NCBI RefSeq assembly: GCF_032191835.1
Contig: NC_083241.1
Coordinates: 34,100,001 to 34,164,000, forward strand
Reading direction: 5' to 3'
DNA length: 64,000 bases
Source: Heteronotia binoei
Taxonomy: Eukaryota
The notes beneath the pieces are model-generated. The model saw only the letters and a program-made list of their open reading frames with translations, was not told where the DNA came from and did no database searches. Within the stretch, counting starts at the first letter, position 1; the number at the start of each line of letters is the position of its first letter. A program made the translations under genes and the position numbers. Shown here piece by piece: positions 22,582-35,282 of the stretch.

Positions 22582-23801
22582 GTAAGCCTGAAGCTTTTTT
22601 TGTCGGTTGGCTGGGAAAACTTCCCAGTTCATATTTAAATGTTACTGCCGTTTAAATGCTGTTAGCTAAGGAAGGGAAATCCGCCACGGGGTTTGTCCGT
22701 GCTTCAGATCCTTCGTCAGGGGTGGCCAAACTGCGGTTCGGGAGCCACCTGCGGCTCTTTCACACATATTGTGTGGCTCTTGAAGCCCCCACTGCCTCTT
22801 GGCTGGCGTGGTGAAGGCATTTCTCTCTTTAAATCGTTTTGCCAAGCTAGCTGGCGGCTTGGAGAATGCATTTACAGTTGCTTTCTTTCCACCTCTCCCT
22901 CTCCGTCTATTTACCTGCCTGTCCTCCTTCCTTTCTTGATTAGCAAACAGGTTGAGGGCATCTGAGCGTGAAGCATATCACTCAGCCCAATCAATGACAG
23001 AATTCCTGTCGCATATGGGCTTTTTTTAAAAAAAGGGGAAGCCGCTTTGAGAATCCCTTGGAGCCGAAGGACGGCCTACGCAAATCTGAACGCATCGAGG
23101 CAAAATGAAGCAGCATCCTGTTGAAAGCCCCTCAACGCAAACACGCACTCATTCTTGAGCAGTATTTTGCAGGCTGCTGAATTTCACATCAGATTGTAGA
23201 ATCCGTGGAAGGTGCGGAATGTGCTCTGTCCTGCCCAGCTGCGATGGACCGGCTGTTGCCAGTCGCTTTGTGTTTTCATCAGAAGATTCTGGGTCATGGT
23301 TCAAACTCTGTGAGAAGCGGTCAGGCCATTTCAAGAAATGCTTGCCTGCATTTGGATTTGGAACTATGTGGGGAGGGGAGAGATGGTTTGATGCTGAATG
23401 TGGGAACTACCTCCTCTTGGAGACAGGGAAGTGGGGAGACGCGGGGGTCTCAGCAGTGGGAAGGTAGAATCAGTGGCAGTTGCTCCCCCCCTCCAAACTC
23501 TGATGTCCTCAGTTTTAGGAATGTGGTTGGATACCCTAGGTCAGGGGTGGCCAAACTTGCTTAATGTAAGAGCCACATACAATAAATGTCAGATGTTTGA
23601 GAGCTGCGAGACGTGAACATCAGATGTTTGAGAGCTGCAAAAGAAGGAAGGTAGGTAGAAAGATAGATGGGGAGAGAGAGAGCTGTAAAGAAAGCAACTT
23701 TAAATGCATTTTCCAAGCTGCCAGCTGGCTTGGCTTGGAGAAGTGATTTAAAGAGAGCAATGATTTAAAGTGATTGAAAGCAGTGATTGAAAGAGAGCAA
23801 T

Positions 23802-24090
23802 GGCCAGTTTGGTGTAGTGGTTGAGTGTGCGGACTCTTATCTGAGAGAACCGGATTGATTCCCCACTTCTCCACTTGCACCTGCCGGAATGGCTTTGGGT
23901 CAGCCATAGCTCTGGCAGAGGTTGTCCTTGAAAGGGCAGCTGCTGTGAGAGCCCTCTCAGCCCCCCCCCACCTCACAGGGTGTCTGTTGTGGGGGCAGAA
24001 GATATAGGCGATTGTGAGCCGCTCTGACTCTCTGATTCAGAGAGAAGGGTGGGGTATAAATCTGCAGTTGTCGTCATTGTCTTCTTCTTC
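23802..24090 (+). mobile_element. Squam3-like SINE
   Basis: Full head, body and (CTT)n tail. Confidence 0.85.
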
Positions 24091-24265
24091 AATCCAGCCT
24101 TTTCTAGATTATTTTGCGTGTGGTGTTTTTGGACAGGGCACATCTCATTCTAGTTTATTGGTTTGGCGTTAAAATGTACCAGTTATTTCTATATCTTACA
24201 TTACCGTGCAACGATCTATTTGTAAACTGTCAATTTTGGCTTTGTATAGTTGTTATCTTGTATAT

Positions 24266-24387
24266 TGGGGTGGCCAACGGTAGCTCTCCAGATGTTTTTT
24301 GCCTACAACTCCCATTGGCTATGCTGGCTGGGGCTGATGGGAGTTGTAGGCAAAAAACATCAGGAGAGCTACCGTTGGCCACCCCTG
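24266..24387. mobile_element. Palindromic hAT MITE (hairpin)
   Basis: Near-perfect inverted repeat; TSD TTGTATAT on both sides. Confidence 0.9.
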
Positions 24388-24551
24388 TTGTATATGATTT
24401 CTGGAATAAAATTATTCTGAACTTTAAAAAATAAATAAAGAGGCATTTAAAAAAAAAAGCTGTCGGGCAGATCCAGGTACAGCCCGGTCTGCCACAAACA
24501 GCGAATTTTTGTTGCCAGCAGATGGCCTTCACCTTTCCTTCCGTTTCCCAG

Positions 24552-24707
24552 GTGAACCAGGACCTCAGCCGCCAGCTGCTGCAGGACGGATATCACCTGG
24601 ACGAAGTCCCGGACGATGAGGACCTCGACCTGATTCCTCCCAAGCCCGTCTCGTCCTCGCCTTGCTCCTGTTGCTTCGGGGAATCCGCCTCTTGCTCCAT
24701 CCAGTGA
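24552..24707 (+). CDS. FAM219B: FAM219B exon 6 (terminal coding exon)
   Basis: TTTCCCAG| VNQDLSRQLLQDGYHLDEVPDDEDLDLIPPKPVSSSPCSCCFGESASCSIQ*; the FAM219 C-terminal signature. Confidence 0.95.
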   Translation: MNQDLSRQLLQDGYHLDEVPDDEDLDLIPPKPVSSSPCSCCFGESASCSIQ

Positions 24708-26327
24708 AGGGCAGTCCGGAAGGGCGACGTGGCACAGGGTCAAGACACCAGCACTTTTTTATTTGGGGGAAGAGTGGGGGGGGGGGCCTGTGGATCCCCG
24801 ACAGAAGTAGCTGAGCCCGCCGTCGAAACACGGGTCAAAGCAATTGAGCGGGCCGGTGGAACAGGGCACTCTGTCACATCCTCTGGGTCTTCTTGGAAAC
24901 GCCGAGCATTTTCTCCCAAAAACGATTTCTGCAGCGCACACTCGGGACGGCTGGGGAAAACAGCTTGCCGGTTATCTTGCCGAGGCGCGTGTCTCGGTGG
25001 GAAGGAGCCGCGCGGCCGGCGGGAGAAACGATCCGGGTCCGATCTTTCGGAGGCAAGCTGCTGAACTCTCATTTTGCGAAAGGAGATACGAAGTGAAGGC
25101 AGCCTGGGACTCTCTTTGATTTATAAATCTTTGGAGTTGTGAGAAAGACCGTGGAGGATCCGAGTAAGCAGTTTTTTCCCTTTCCCTTTGCACTTTCAAA
25201 CCTTACAAGGGAACGATACAGGTGCTGAAGTAATTGCAAGGCAATGTGTCTTCATAGGGTGGGGCAGGACGGGAGCAGAGGAGACTCTGCAAATGGAACT
25301 TGGACAGCTCACCGGTGAACCAGATTCTGGAGCCTCACCTCTTAATCTGGTGGCTTTCCTGGTTTTTGTTTTTACCCCCACCCTCTTCCTCATCCAGAGG
25401 TATTTGAGGGGGCCAGGAGCACAGTCTCGAGCATAAGTATCAGGCCTTGTAAGAGACTTCCCCCCGACCTCTGGAGGTTGTATGGGTTTTGTTTGGGAAA
25501 GGGGCTTTGGTTTACACTTCCAAGGCTGATCTTTTCAGACAGGCCCAGAAGATGGTGTCAAGAGTCTGGCCTGGAGCCCCTTAGTTTGTAGCTGTTACTT
25601 TTGCATGCTTTGGTAGCAGGCTGAGCAGGTTCAAGACAAGCCGGTCTCCTTCCCCCTTCAGAAGCAAAAAGGAATTCCCAGAATCTTGGGGATCAAGTCC
25701 TTCCGCACATTTGCACTAGACTGAATCATCTGCTGTCTAGCCTGGCAGGATCTCCATAGGGCCCGCTTGGCTGGAGGGGACGTTAACCAGCTCACTTCAC
25801 AACTCAGTCGCAGCTCACCCCCACCTTCCTGCATGGGGGCCAATCGTAAAAAGGCCATTTCTCGTTTTCATATTAACTCCAGGAAGCTTTATGCAAGGGT
25901 AACTATTTCATGTGAAGTTAGTGATCCTTGAGGTCAAAATAGCCTAGATTTGCTTTTAACCCCTCCCCCCCCCTGGTTTGTCTAGGTTGCTTTTACATAG
26001 CAATTATAGAAGGATGTTACCAGCATGACAGACCGGTTCTTTCCTAATTGATGAAGGATTGTGTTTTGGAGCGAGCTTTGCTAGCCACTGAGGCCGCTGG
26101 CTCTCTCCCCTTTTCGTAGTGACTTGCCGTGTGTAAAACTTGGGCGGTCTTATACTGGGCGGGTTGGGGGCGGAGATAGAAAAAAGGGAACGAACGCTTC
26201 AAAAGGTCATTGAACAAAGTTTGAGCCCAGCGGCACTTCCATCAGATACACACGAAAGCTGACGAGCAGAATTACTTAGTTGGTCTTCAAGGTACCACTG
26301 GTCTCAAAAGTTTTTTCTGTCGCTTCA

Positions 26328-26831
26328 GATCAACCCAACTGAACGTAACCTAAAAGTTCATGTTTACTTGCCCGCCGTTCAGGTTGCAGTGCTGGATATC
26401 GCCTCTGCAGTTGACACTACAGCGTCCGTATTTGCTAGAAACGCTTTCTTTTTTTTCTATTTTCACTAACGTGGATTCTCCAAATCCCTCCTCAATGCTG
26501 GTTTCTCCAAGCATTCCAAAATAACCTTTTTCTGCCCCGGGCCATCTCCATTAGATGTATCTTGCCGAAAGCTGCTGTGAGATCAACCCACCTGAATGTA
26601 ACTTAAAAGTTCATGTTTACTTGCCCGCCGTTCAGGTTGCACTGCTGGATATCGCCTCTGCAAATGACACTACAGCTTCCATATTTGCTAGAAACACTTT
26701 CTTTTTTTTTTTCAATTTTTAATAACATGTGGATTCTCCAAACGCCCCCCTGTATGCTGTGTTTCTCAAAGCATTCCAAAAGAACCTTCTTCTGCCCCAG
26801 GCCATCCCCATTAGCCGTATCTTGCCGAAAG
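26328..26831. repeat. Tandem duplication, period 253 bp, two copies
   Basis: 26328-26571 aligns with 26581-26831 (GATCAACCCA...CTTGCCGAAAG). Confidence 0.9.
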
Positions 26832-27840
26832 AAAAGCCTGCCCCTTTTCTGGTTGTGAGATCCCCAAAAGGACATCCTTGCCCGGGCCAGCTCTGCAAGA
26901 GGATTCCTGGTGGGACGCTGAAGATTCCCTTTGGGGTGCTGCGCTCCTACTTAACCAAAGGTCAGAACGTACCCTGGGGGCTGCCCCACAGACGTATCCT
27001 TGCTTCGTTGCTCTGCTGGGAAATAAAGTCGCGAGCGAGTGAAGGACAGGGAGAAACTGCCTTTGCAACCCGTAAAGGCATGGCATATTTTGCAGGGCAG
27101 GTCCCTGGTGGAGCCGGCTTCCTTATGAAGGCAGCTTTCTTTACTGACCTTTGGTTTTCTTATTTGGGTGCTGGGTGCAGTGTTTTCTCCTGGTGGCGAA
27201 AGGCAGAAGACGTGCAGCTGGCCTTTTGGAAGCTTCGGTGTAATAAGCTTTTAACGGATCCGGATTTGGGGGGGGGGGGGGCGGAAGTACATAGCAGGTG
27301 GGTAGAGACAACAAGCCCCCTCCCCCTCCACAAGCTCAGCAGGTGAAGGTGGAAATCCCAAGGTGGAGACGGTCGACTCTCCGTCCCTTCCAGGAGGGAC
27401 TGCGAAAGCTGCCTTAAATATACTGACATGCACAGAGGACAATCTTACTGAATATTTAATAGTATTATATATTAGAGGATTATCAGTTTTGTAGATGGCG
27501 ATCAAGGGAAGTATAGCAATAAAACTCCGCCTTGTACCGCACCGCCTCCTGTCTTCCCTGTTGTCCTGAAGAGTCATTGGATTGGGGTGAACCGAGTCAA
27601 AACGGAAGGGTTTCAAACGATTTGAGGCCGTTGTGTTCTATCTGCCCCCCCCCCCCAAAGCATCTTTCCTGATCTTTGAGAACTGCCACATCTGTGCCCA
27701 TTCTTTACGGGTCACCATAAAAGTCAGCTGTGACTTGAAAGCACTTGATGCACACACAGAGAGAGCTCTTATTTCCAACGAGCACATTTTCCTCCACGGC
27801 CCGTCCTGTTATCTTTTGCCCTCTGCTTCGAACCCTGAAT

Positions 27841-28392
27841 TAAGAACATAAGAGAAGCCATGTTGGATCAGGCCAATGGCCCATCCAGTCCAACACTCTG
27901 TATCACACAGTGGCCAAAATATATATTCCACATGTGAATTCCACATGTTAATCACCCTTTGGGTGAAGAAGTACTTCCTTTTATCCATTTTAATCCGACT
28001 GCTCAGCAATTTCATTGAATGCCCACGAGTTCTTGTATTGTGAGAAAGGGAGAAAAGTACTTCTTTCTCTACTTTCTCCATCCCATGTAGAATCTTGTAA
28101 ACCTCTATCATGTCACCCTGCAGTCAATGTTTCTCCAAGCTAAAGAGCCCCAAGCGTTTTAACCTTGCTTCATAGGGAAAGTGTTCCAACCCTTTAATCA
28201 TTCTAGTTGCCCTTTTCTGGACTTTTTCCAATGCTATAATATCCTTTTTGAGGTGCAGTGACCAGAATTGCGCACACTACTCCAAATGAGGCCAGACCAT
28301 CGATTTATACAGGGGCATTATGATACTGGCTGATTTGTTTTCAATTCCCTTCCTAATAATTCCCAGCATGGCGTTGGCCTTTTTTATTGTAC
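27841..28392 (-). mobile_element. CR1 LINE 3' fragment
   Basis: ORF 27809-28111 MIEVYKILHGMEKVEK...RTRGH...FFTQRVIN plus the CR1 tail. Confidence 0.9.
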
Positions 28393-29451
28393 TAATTATC
28401 TGTACTAAGCCCACTCTAGAAGTTGGGTAACCCATGTAACCCTATAGGGTCCCTTTTCTGAAACTGCGAAAGTTCAAGACGACACACCAGACATGTGGTT
28501 CGAAGGGCGGCAAATCCTTTTTATTGAATCATGTTTCACTCCTCCCGACAGCTGTACTCTAGGGAGAGGATTTGGGTTATTTTCCTTCCCATTTCTGCTT
28601 CCTAGAGAATATATAAGCCCTCAGTAAGGACTTTTTTTTTGGGGGGGGGGGGACACTGGGAATTGCCATGTGACCACTTGGGTCCAAAATGAAGAGGTTT
28701 TCCCATACAAGTATACTACTAGGTTCTGTTTCCTGTTTCTGTTTGATTAAAGGTGCTGAACGGATGTAGTTTGGAAGGTTGCCCCGCAACTAAAGTCTGG
28801 CACCTGATCACACTCTTGTGCCAAAAGCTGTGGCCCCCTCTGTTTCTGAAGCTGGAAAACTGAAACACTTTCTGAACTCAGGGTAGCTGTTCGTCCGTCC
28901 ATCGCAGTAGAGTAAAGCAAGAGTCCAATAGCGCCTTGAAGACTTAACAAAATTTGTGGCAGGCTGTGAGATTTTGTGAGCCATTACTTCGTCAGGTACA
29001 GCTAGAATGTGGGTCCCTCTGTCCTTATATCTTGGAGAGAGGAGCGATTTCAGATACCAAATGACAATTGCAGGTGTGACTGGATTAGATGCGATCTGCC
29101 AGTGTTCCCTCTAAGCTGTGGAGTCTTGTGAGCAAAAATGCTACTTTGTGAGCTCCTGGCCTTAAAGTTGTGAGTTCCTGCATCAATTAGTGTGCTCTAG
29201 GGCAGGGGTGGCCCACGGTAGCTCTCCAGATGTTTTTTGCCTACAACTCCCATCAGCCCCACCCCTGCTCTAGGGCCTTCCTTCCTGAGCAGACTGAGCT
29301 AAAACAAAAACGTATGAGCCAGAGGCTAAAAAACTGAGCTCACATGAACTCAGCTTAGAGGGAATACTGATGCCGGCTACCCCTCTGCTTATCACACCTG
29401 TGATTGTCATTTGGCATCTGGAATCACTCCAGTCTCCAAGATATAAGGATA

Positions 29452-29715
29452 GAGAGCCAGTTTGGTATAGTGATTAAGCGAGTGGACTCTTATCTGGGAG
29501 AAGCGAGTTTGATTCTCCACTCCTCCACTTGCACCTGCTGGAATGGCCTTGGGTCAGCCATAGCTCTTGCAGAGTTGTCCTTGAAAGGGCAGCTGCTGTG
29601 AGAGCCCTCTCCAGCCCCACCCACCTCACAGGGTGTCTGTTGTGGGGGAGGGAGATTGTGAGCCGCTCTGAGACTCTTGAGTGGAGGGCGGAATATAAAT
29701 CCAATGTCGTCTTCT
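29452..29715 (+). mobile_element. Squam3-like SINE
   Basis: Full-length match to the other copies. Confidence 0.85.
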
Positions 29716-30219
29716 AGGTGCATCTGAAAAAGTGAACTCATAAGAGCTCACACCTTGCTGTAAATTTAATTTTGTTAGTCTTCAAAGTGCAATAGGACTC
29801 TTGCTCTTTTCTGAACTTAAATCTTGGTGCTGGGCCTCTAAACGGCTGTACGTCTCTTGCCCACATCCCTTCAAGTCTGGTTCTGCAACCTTGCAGCCTG
29901 ACGATGGAATATTTTCCCTTCAAACACAAAACCGGCAACATTCAGCTATTGCGTTCATGCCTGAACCCTCTCCTCGGAGACCGTCTTTTTCCTACGTGAG
30001 CACGGAACATATCAACGGAACTTCTTCTGCCAATCAAATGAATGCAACATGCCTGACAGCATGAAGTGGGAACTTGGGTGTGAAATCAAACCAGCCATTT
30101 GTTCAGCTCTGGTCCCTTTTGAAGAGGTACAGGACCCCTACAGATTTTAACTTGTTGACGGAAGGTGCAGTGTGGCTCCTTCCCCCCCGAAACCTAAGCA
30201 TGGAGCAGATTCTAGGATG

Positions 30220-30696
30220 ACTGAGGGGTGACATGATCGAAGTTTACAAGATTATGCATGGGATAGAGAAGGTAGAGAAAGAAGTCCTTTTCTCTTTTTC
30301 ACAATATGTGGACATTCAATGAGGTTACTGAGCAGTCGAGTTAGAATGGATAAAAGGAAGTACTTCGTCAACGAAAGGGTGATTAACATGTGGAACTCTG
30401 CCACAGGAGGTGGTGGCAGCTACATGCATAGACAGCTTCAAGAGGGGGTTAGATAAAAATATGGAGCAGAGGTCCATCAGTGGCTATTAGCCACAGCGTA
30501 TTTGTTGGAACTCTGGCACAGTGATGCTCTATATTCTTGGTGCTGGGGGACGGGGGAGCACAGTGGGAAGGCTTCTAGTGTCGTGGCCCCCACTGGTGGA
30601 CCTCCTGATGGCACCTGGGGTTTTTCTGGCCACTGTGTGACAAAGAGTTTTGGACTGGATGGGCCACTGGCCTGATCTAACATGGCTTCTCTTATG
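30220..30696 (+). mobile_element. CR1 LINE 3' fragment
   Basis: GGTGACATGATCGAAGTTTACAAG... through ...CATGGCTTCTCTTATG. Confidence 0.85.
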
Positions 30697-30810
30697 AACT
30701 GATATTCCTTTGATCTTTGCAGGAAATCTGTTGCTGCAAATTTATAATGTGGCTACAGAAAGGGATAGAATGTTCACCTTTTGAGAAAGTATGCTTGCGA
30801 GAGAGATACA

Positions 30811-31640
30811 AACAACATATGAAGAGCCCTGCTGGCTGAGGCCTGTGGTCCATCTAGTCCAGCATCCTCTCGCACAGTGGCCAACCAGTTCCTCTGGAAG
30901 GCCAGCAACAGGGTGCATGGAGGCTGAGGCCTTCCCGATAAGAACATCAGAAGAGCCCTGCTGGATCAAACAAATAGTCCACCTAGTCCAGCATCTTGCC
31001 TCACTCAGTGGCCGACCAGTTCCTCTGGAGGGCCACCTACAAGGCAGAGAGGCCGAGGCCTTCATAGGAACATCAGAAGAGCCCTGTTGGATCAAACCAA
31101 TAGTCTACCTAGACAAGCATCCTGCCTCACACACAGTGGCCATCCAGTTCCTCTGGAGGGTCAACAACAGAGCAGAGAGGCTGAGGCCTTCATAGGAACA
31201 TCAGAAGAGCCCTGCTGGATCAGACCAGTGGTCCATATAGTCAAGCATCCTGTCTCACACAGTAGCTAACCAGGATCTCTGGATGGCCAACAACAGGGCA
31301 TGGAGGCTGAGGCCTTCATAAGAACATCAGAAGAGCCCTGCCAGATCAAACCAGTGGTCCATCTAGTCCAGCATCCTGTCTCACACAGTAGCCAACCCGT
31401 TCCTCTGGAGGGTCAACAACAGGCAGAGGCTGAGGCCTTCATAAGAACATCAGAAGAGCCCTGCTGGATCAGACCAGTGGTCCATCTAGTCCAGCATCCT
31501 ATCTCACACAGGGGCCAATCAGTTCCTCTGGAGGGCCAACAGCAGGGCACAGAGGCCGAGGCCTTCATAAGAACATCAGAAGAGCCCTGCTGGAGGAGAC
31601 CAGTGGTCCATCTAGTCCAGCACCCTGTCTCACACAGTGG
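30811..31640 (-). repeat. Tandem array of about seven 126-bp CR1 3'-end units
   Basis: Units start near 30811, 30940, 31066, 31194, 31320, 31443 and 31569; further CR1 3' UTR sequence follows. Confidence 0.85.
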
Positions 31641-33670
31641 CCAAGGCCATCTCCTGATGTTGCCTCATGGCACTGGGATTCACAGGATGACTAGGATTCA
31701 CTGATAGATCTCATCGCCGTGAATCTCCCTAATCCCCTTTTAAAGCCATTGATGCCTGTGGCCATCACCACATCCATTGGCAATAAATTCCGCGTTTTAA
31801 TCACTTGTTGCATAAAGAATTTCCTCTTGTCCGTCCTGAATCTATTGCCCATCAGCTTCCCTCAACACCCTGATTTTTCTACTCTTTGGGGAGAGGGGGA
31901 AAAAAGTTCCCCTTGTCAGCTCTCTCCACCCTGTGCATATTGTTATAAACGGGTCGTTTAGTAGAAAAATAGGTGGAGCTCATTAGCATAACTCATTAGC
32001 ATATGTCGCCAGCCCCCCACCAGCCAAAATCAACCAAATGCAAGAAAGGAGAGCCCCGGCCGAGCGAGGCCTGCTTGGGCTGGCTAGAGATCCAGCCAGC
32101 CCAAGCAGGTCTCGCTCACCTGGGGCTCTCCTTGGCCATTACCCCTCCAATAGTCAAAAGGCCAGCAAGCCACCCGCTGTCCAAAATCACATAAGAAGTG
32201 GAGAAAGGGTGGTGCGGGCTTCTCCAGGGGTCAATGAGGGCTGCTGGGGGCATGGCAAAGCCCCTGGTGGCTGGCTGGCTGCTCTCCTAATCCAGGGAAT
32301 GTTATACAGCTGCACCTACTAGTCAATGGACAAGGTAGGTGGGGGAGGAGGAGGAGGAACCCTCATAAAGGTTCAGGAGCTGTGCTCCTGGGAGCTCCTG
32401 CTGAATCTAAGGCCTGTTTATAAACAGAAGCGGGCAGTTTTTCAGATGATTACTTTTCCAAGCCAGTGTTGGCCAAACTTTAGAACTTGGAAACTTGTGT
32501 CTAAATACGATCCCCAACCATTAAACACGTACACGCGCACTCTGAAGGAACAATACTCTGTGTTGGTGTAATAGGATATCCAAGCACTAAATTTTACTCC
32601 GAGCTTATGCTACACCCACCGTAGCTGGGGTAAGGGCCGAGATGTAGACTGCAGGGCAGGACGTGGCAGAGCGGAGCAGACAATGAGATAACACAAGCCA
32701 ACTTGCTTTCCTGGCCTGGTAAGAGCAACAAGGAGAGGATGAGCACTGGCCTCTCTCCACAGGTCCCCCAAAATATCACCCGCAGCTCGGCACTGTTTTA
32801 GCAGCTTGGCTTAGAAAGGTATTCCTGTTAACCAGCGAGTTTCTTCATTGTTGGCAGGTATGGGCTTCAACGGAAGGACACCCACTAGACCAGGGGCGGC
32901 CAAATTGTGCCTCAGCAGCCACATGCGGCTCTTTCACCCCGCCACCCCAGGAGAAGGCTTTTGTCTCTTTAAACCACTTCTCCAAGCCAAGCCAGTGGCT
33001 TGGAGAATGAATTTGAAATTAAAGTTGCTTTCTTTACACCTTTCTCTCCCTCCTCCGTCTATTTTCCTTCCCTCCTTGTGGCTTTCAAGCATTTGATGTT
33101 TAGTCTATGTGGCTCTTTCATTAAGCAAGTTTGGCCACCCCTGCACTAAACAGAAATCTTTGGCCTGTTTCAGCAGGAACAGCTTATGTCAAATCCAACC
33201 CAAAGACACTAGAGGCCTGTAAGAAGAGTGGTCTCAGCCTAAGTGGCAGTCTATAGTGGGGGTCTCGTTGTTGTAAATGGGTCCCCGCCCCCCAAGTGGA
33301 TCAGGAGGTGCTTCCTGTGTTACAGCTGTGAAGCTACCGTAACACTATAGCACTCTGGACGGTGATTAATGACCTGAGCAGGCTGAAGATGCTACGACAG
33401 CAGGCCCGTGTAGCTCCTATGAGGTAGCACTAGGAGAACGGAGCGACACAGTACTGTTTTTGGCCAATCCCAAGGGCAGGCAGCAGAGGGCGACAAAGCA
33501 GCAGAGGGCGAAAGAGCAGCGGTCTTTAGCCTTTCTGGCTCCAGGACCCCATCATGTGACAGGAAGAGGTGGGGCAAAATTTATGACCTCACTATTTAAA
33601 AGGCCAGGACCATGAATAGAGAGAGACGGGGATGGAAACACAAACTGAGCACCAGGAGGTAGAATGGAGT

Positions 33671-33884
33671 ACATATGAACATATGAAGCTGCCTTATACT
33701 GAATCAGACACTTGGTCCATCAAAGTCGGTATTGTCTTCTCAGACTGGCAGCGGCTCTCCAGGGTCTCAAGCTGAGGTTTTTCACACCTGTTTGCCTGGA
33801 CCCTTTTTTGGAGATGCCCGGGATTGAACCTCGGACCTTCTGTTTACCAAGCAGATGCTCTACCACTGAGCCACCATCCCTCCC
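33671..33884 (-). mobile_element. tRNA(Ala)-like SINE with CR1-type tail
   Basis: Reverse complement of the 12041-12256 copy. Confidence 0.85.
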
Positions 33885-34547
33885 TTTTTGAGTAAGGTAA
33901 TGACCAGGGACCACTGTCCTGTTATCCCACTGGGGCTGTCAAGAGAGCAGGGGGCACCCTGGCTCCCCACGCATGCACTCTAGCTGCCATTCTTTCCCAA
34001 AACGAGGGGCTCTGATGCCCTCCTGAGGGTCCCAACCCAGCTGAGGAAGACTCTGGGGCCCAGCTAGTCCCCTGCTGGAGGGTTGCTAGCGACGGGGACG
34101 TAATGCAAAACAGCCTTTTGATTTTCACGCCTCGGAGGGCCTTTCGGAGACAGCCAGGAAGGACTGGCGCAGGCACTGAGCTGAACGGCACCAGGGGTTT
34201 GGTCTGAACCTTCCATCCCTCTCGCGGGTGAGTCGTAGAAGGCAGGAGTCGCCTAACCCCTCGGCATGCTAGTTTCCAAAACGGAAGTCGTAGGGCAGAT
34301 CTCCCCCTTACAAAGCACCAGGAAGAAAACATGAAGAGGATAAAACCTATCCTAAAGCTGAAACTTTGGCATTCTACAAGCCAGGAAGAATACTCAGCTA
34401 TGAAGGGGGGGGGGGAATTAAGTCTCTTTCCACTTAAGAAGGAGATTCTATCATCTTAAAATCGCGCAGCTGTCGCAATGAACAAACCTGGCCTGCTTGG
34501 GAATCAGAAGGTAGGGAAACAGCCGTTGGTCAAGGAAGAGCCAGCTT

Positions 34548-35159
34548 AGAAGAAGACTGCAGATTTATACCCCGCCCTTCTCTCTGAATCAGAGACTCAA
34601 GAGCGGCTTACAATCTCCTCTACCTTCCCCCCACCCCCACACACAACAGACACCCTGTGAGGTAGGTGAGACTAAGAGAGCTTTTTACAGCAGCTGCCTT
34701 TTCAAGGACAACTCCTGTGAAAGCTCTGGCTGACCCAAGGCCATTCCAGCAGGTGCAAGTGGAGGAGTGGGGAATCAAACCCAGTTCTCCCAGATAAGAA
34801 TCTGCGCACTTAACCACTACACCAAACTGGCTCTCTTAATGAGCTTAATGCTCAGAGTTTTGGATGTGGCAAGCAGAGAAGAAGAAGAAGAAGATGATAT
34901 TGGATTTATATCCTGCCCTCCACTCCGAAGAGTCTCAGAGCGGCTCACAATCTCCTTTCCCTTCCTCCTCCACAACAGACACCCTGTGAGGTGGGTGGGC
35001 TGAGAGGGCTCTCACAGCAGCTGCCCTTTCAAGGACAACCTCTGCCAGAGCTATGGCTGGCCCAAGGTCATTCCAGCAGGTGCAAGTGGAGGAGTGGGGA
35101 ATCAAACCCGGTTCTCCCAGATAATAGTCCACGCACTTAACCACTACACCAAACTAGCT
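34548..35159 (-). mobile_element. Two Squam3-like SINEs (34548-34835, 34877-35159) just 3' of the MPI stop
   Basis: Both are reverse-complement full copies; a third lies at 35763-36028. Confidence 0.85.
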
Positions 35160-35282
35160 AGAGGGACAGGAAGCCTCAGAGGAGGCAGGTAGAAGGGCAG
35201 AAAGCCTCGAGAAGAGGCAGGCGGTTTCTCTATCGGTTCTAAAATCGAGTCACACCAGGTCAGAGGGTTAAAGCATCCCATG

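Noticed and set aside
28433-28800. LTR-like segment (starts TGTAACC, has a minus-strand AATAAA)
   Set aside because: No partner LTR, PBS/PPT or clear TSD could be identified, so it needs a repeat-library search.
30791-31704. Repeat-protein-like ORFs (SEEPCWIRPVVHLVQHP...) and a superficial CRISPR-like periodicity
   Set aside because: The 126-bp unit is a multiple of 3 and is the antisense of a CR1 3' UTR. There are no unique spacers or cas genes, and the context is vertebrate.
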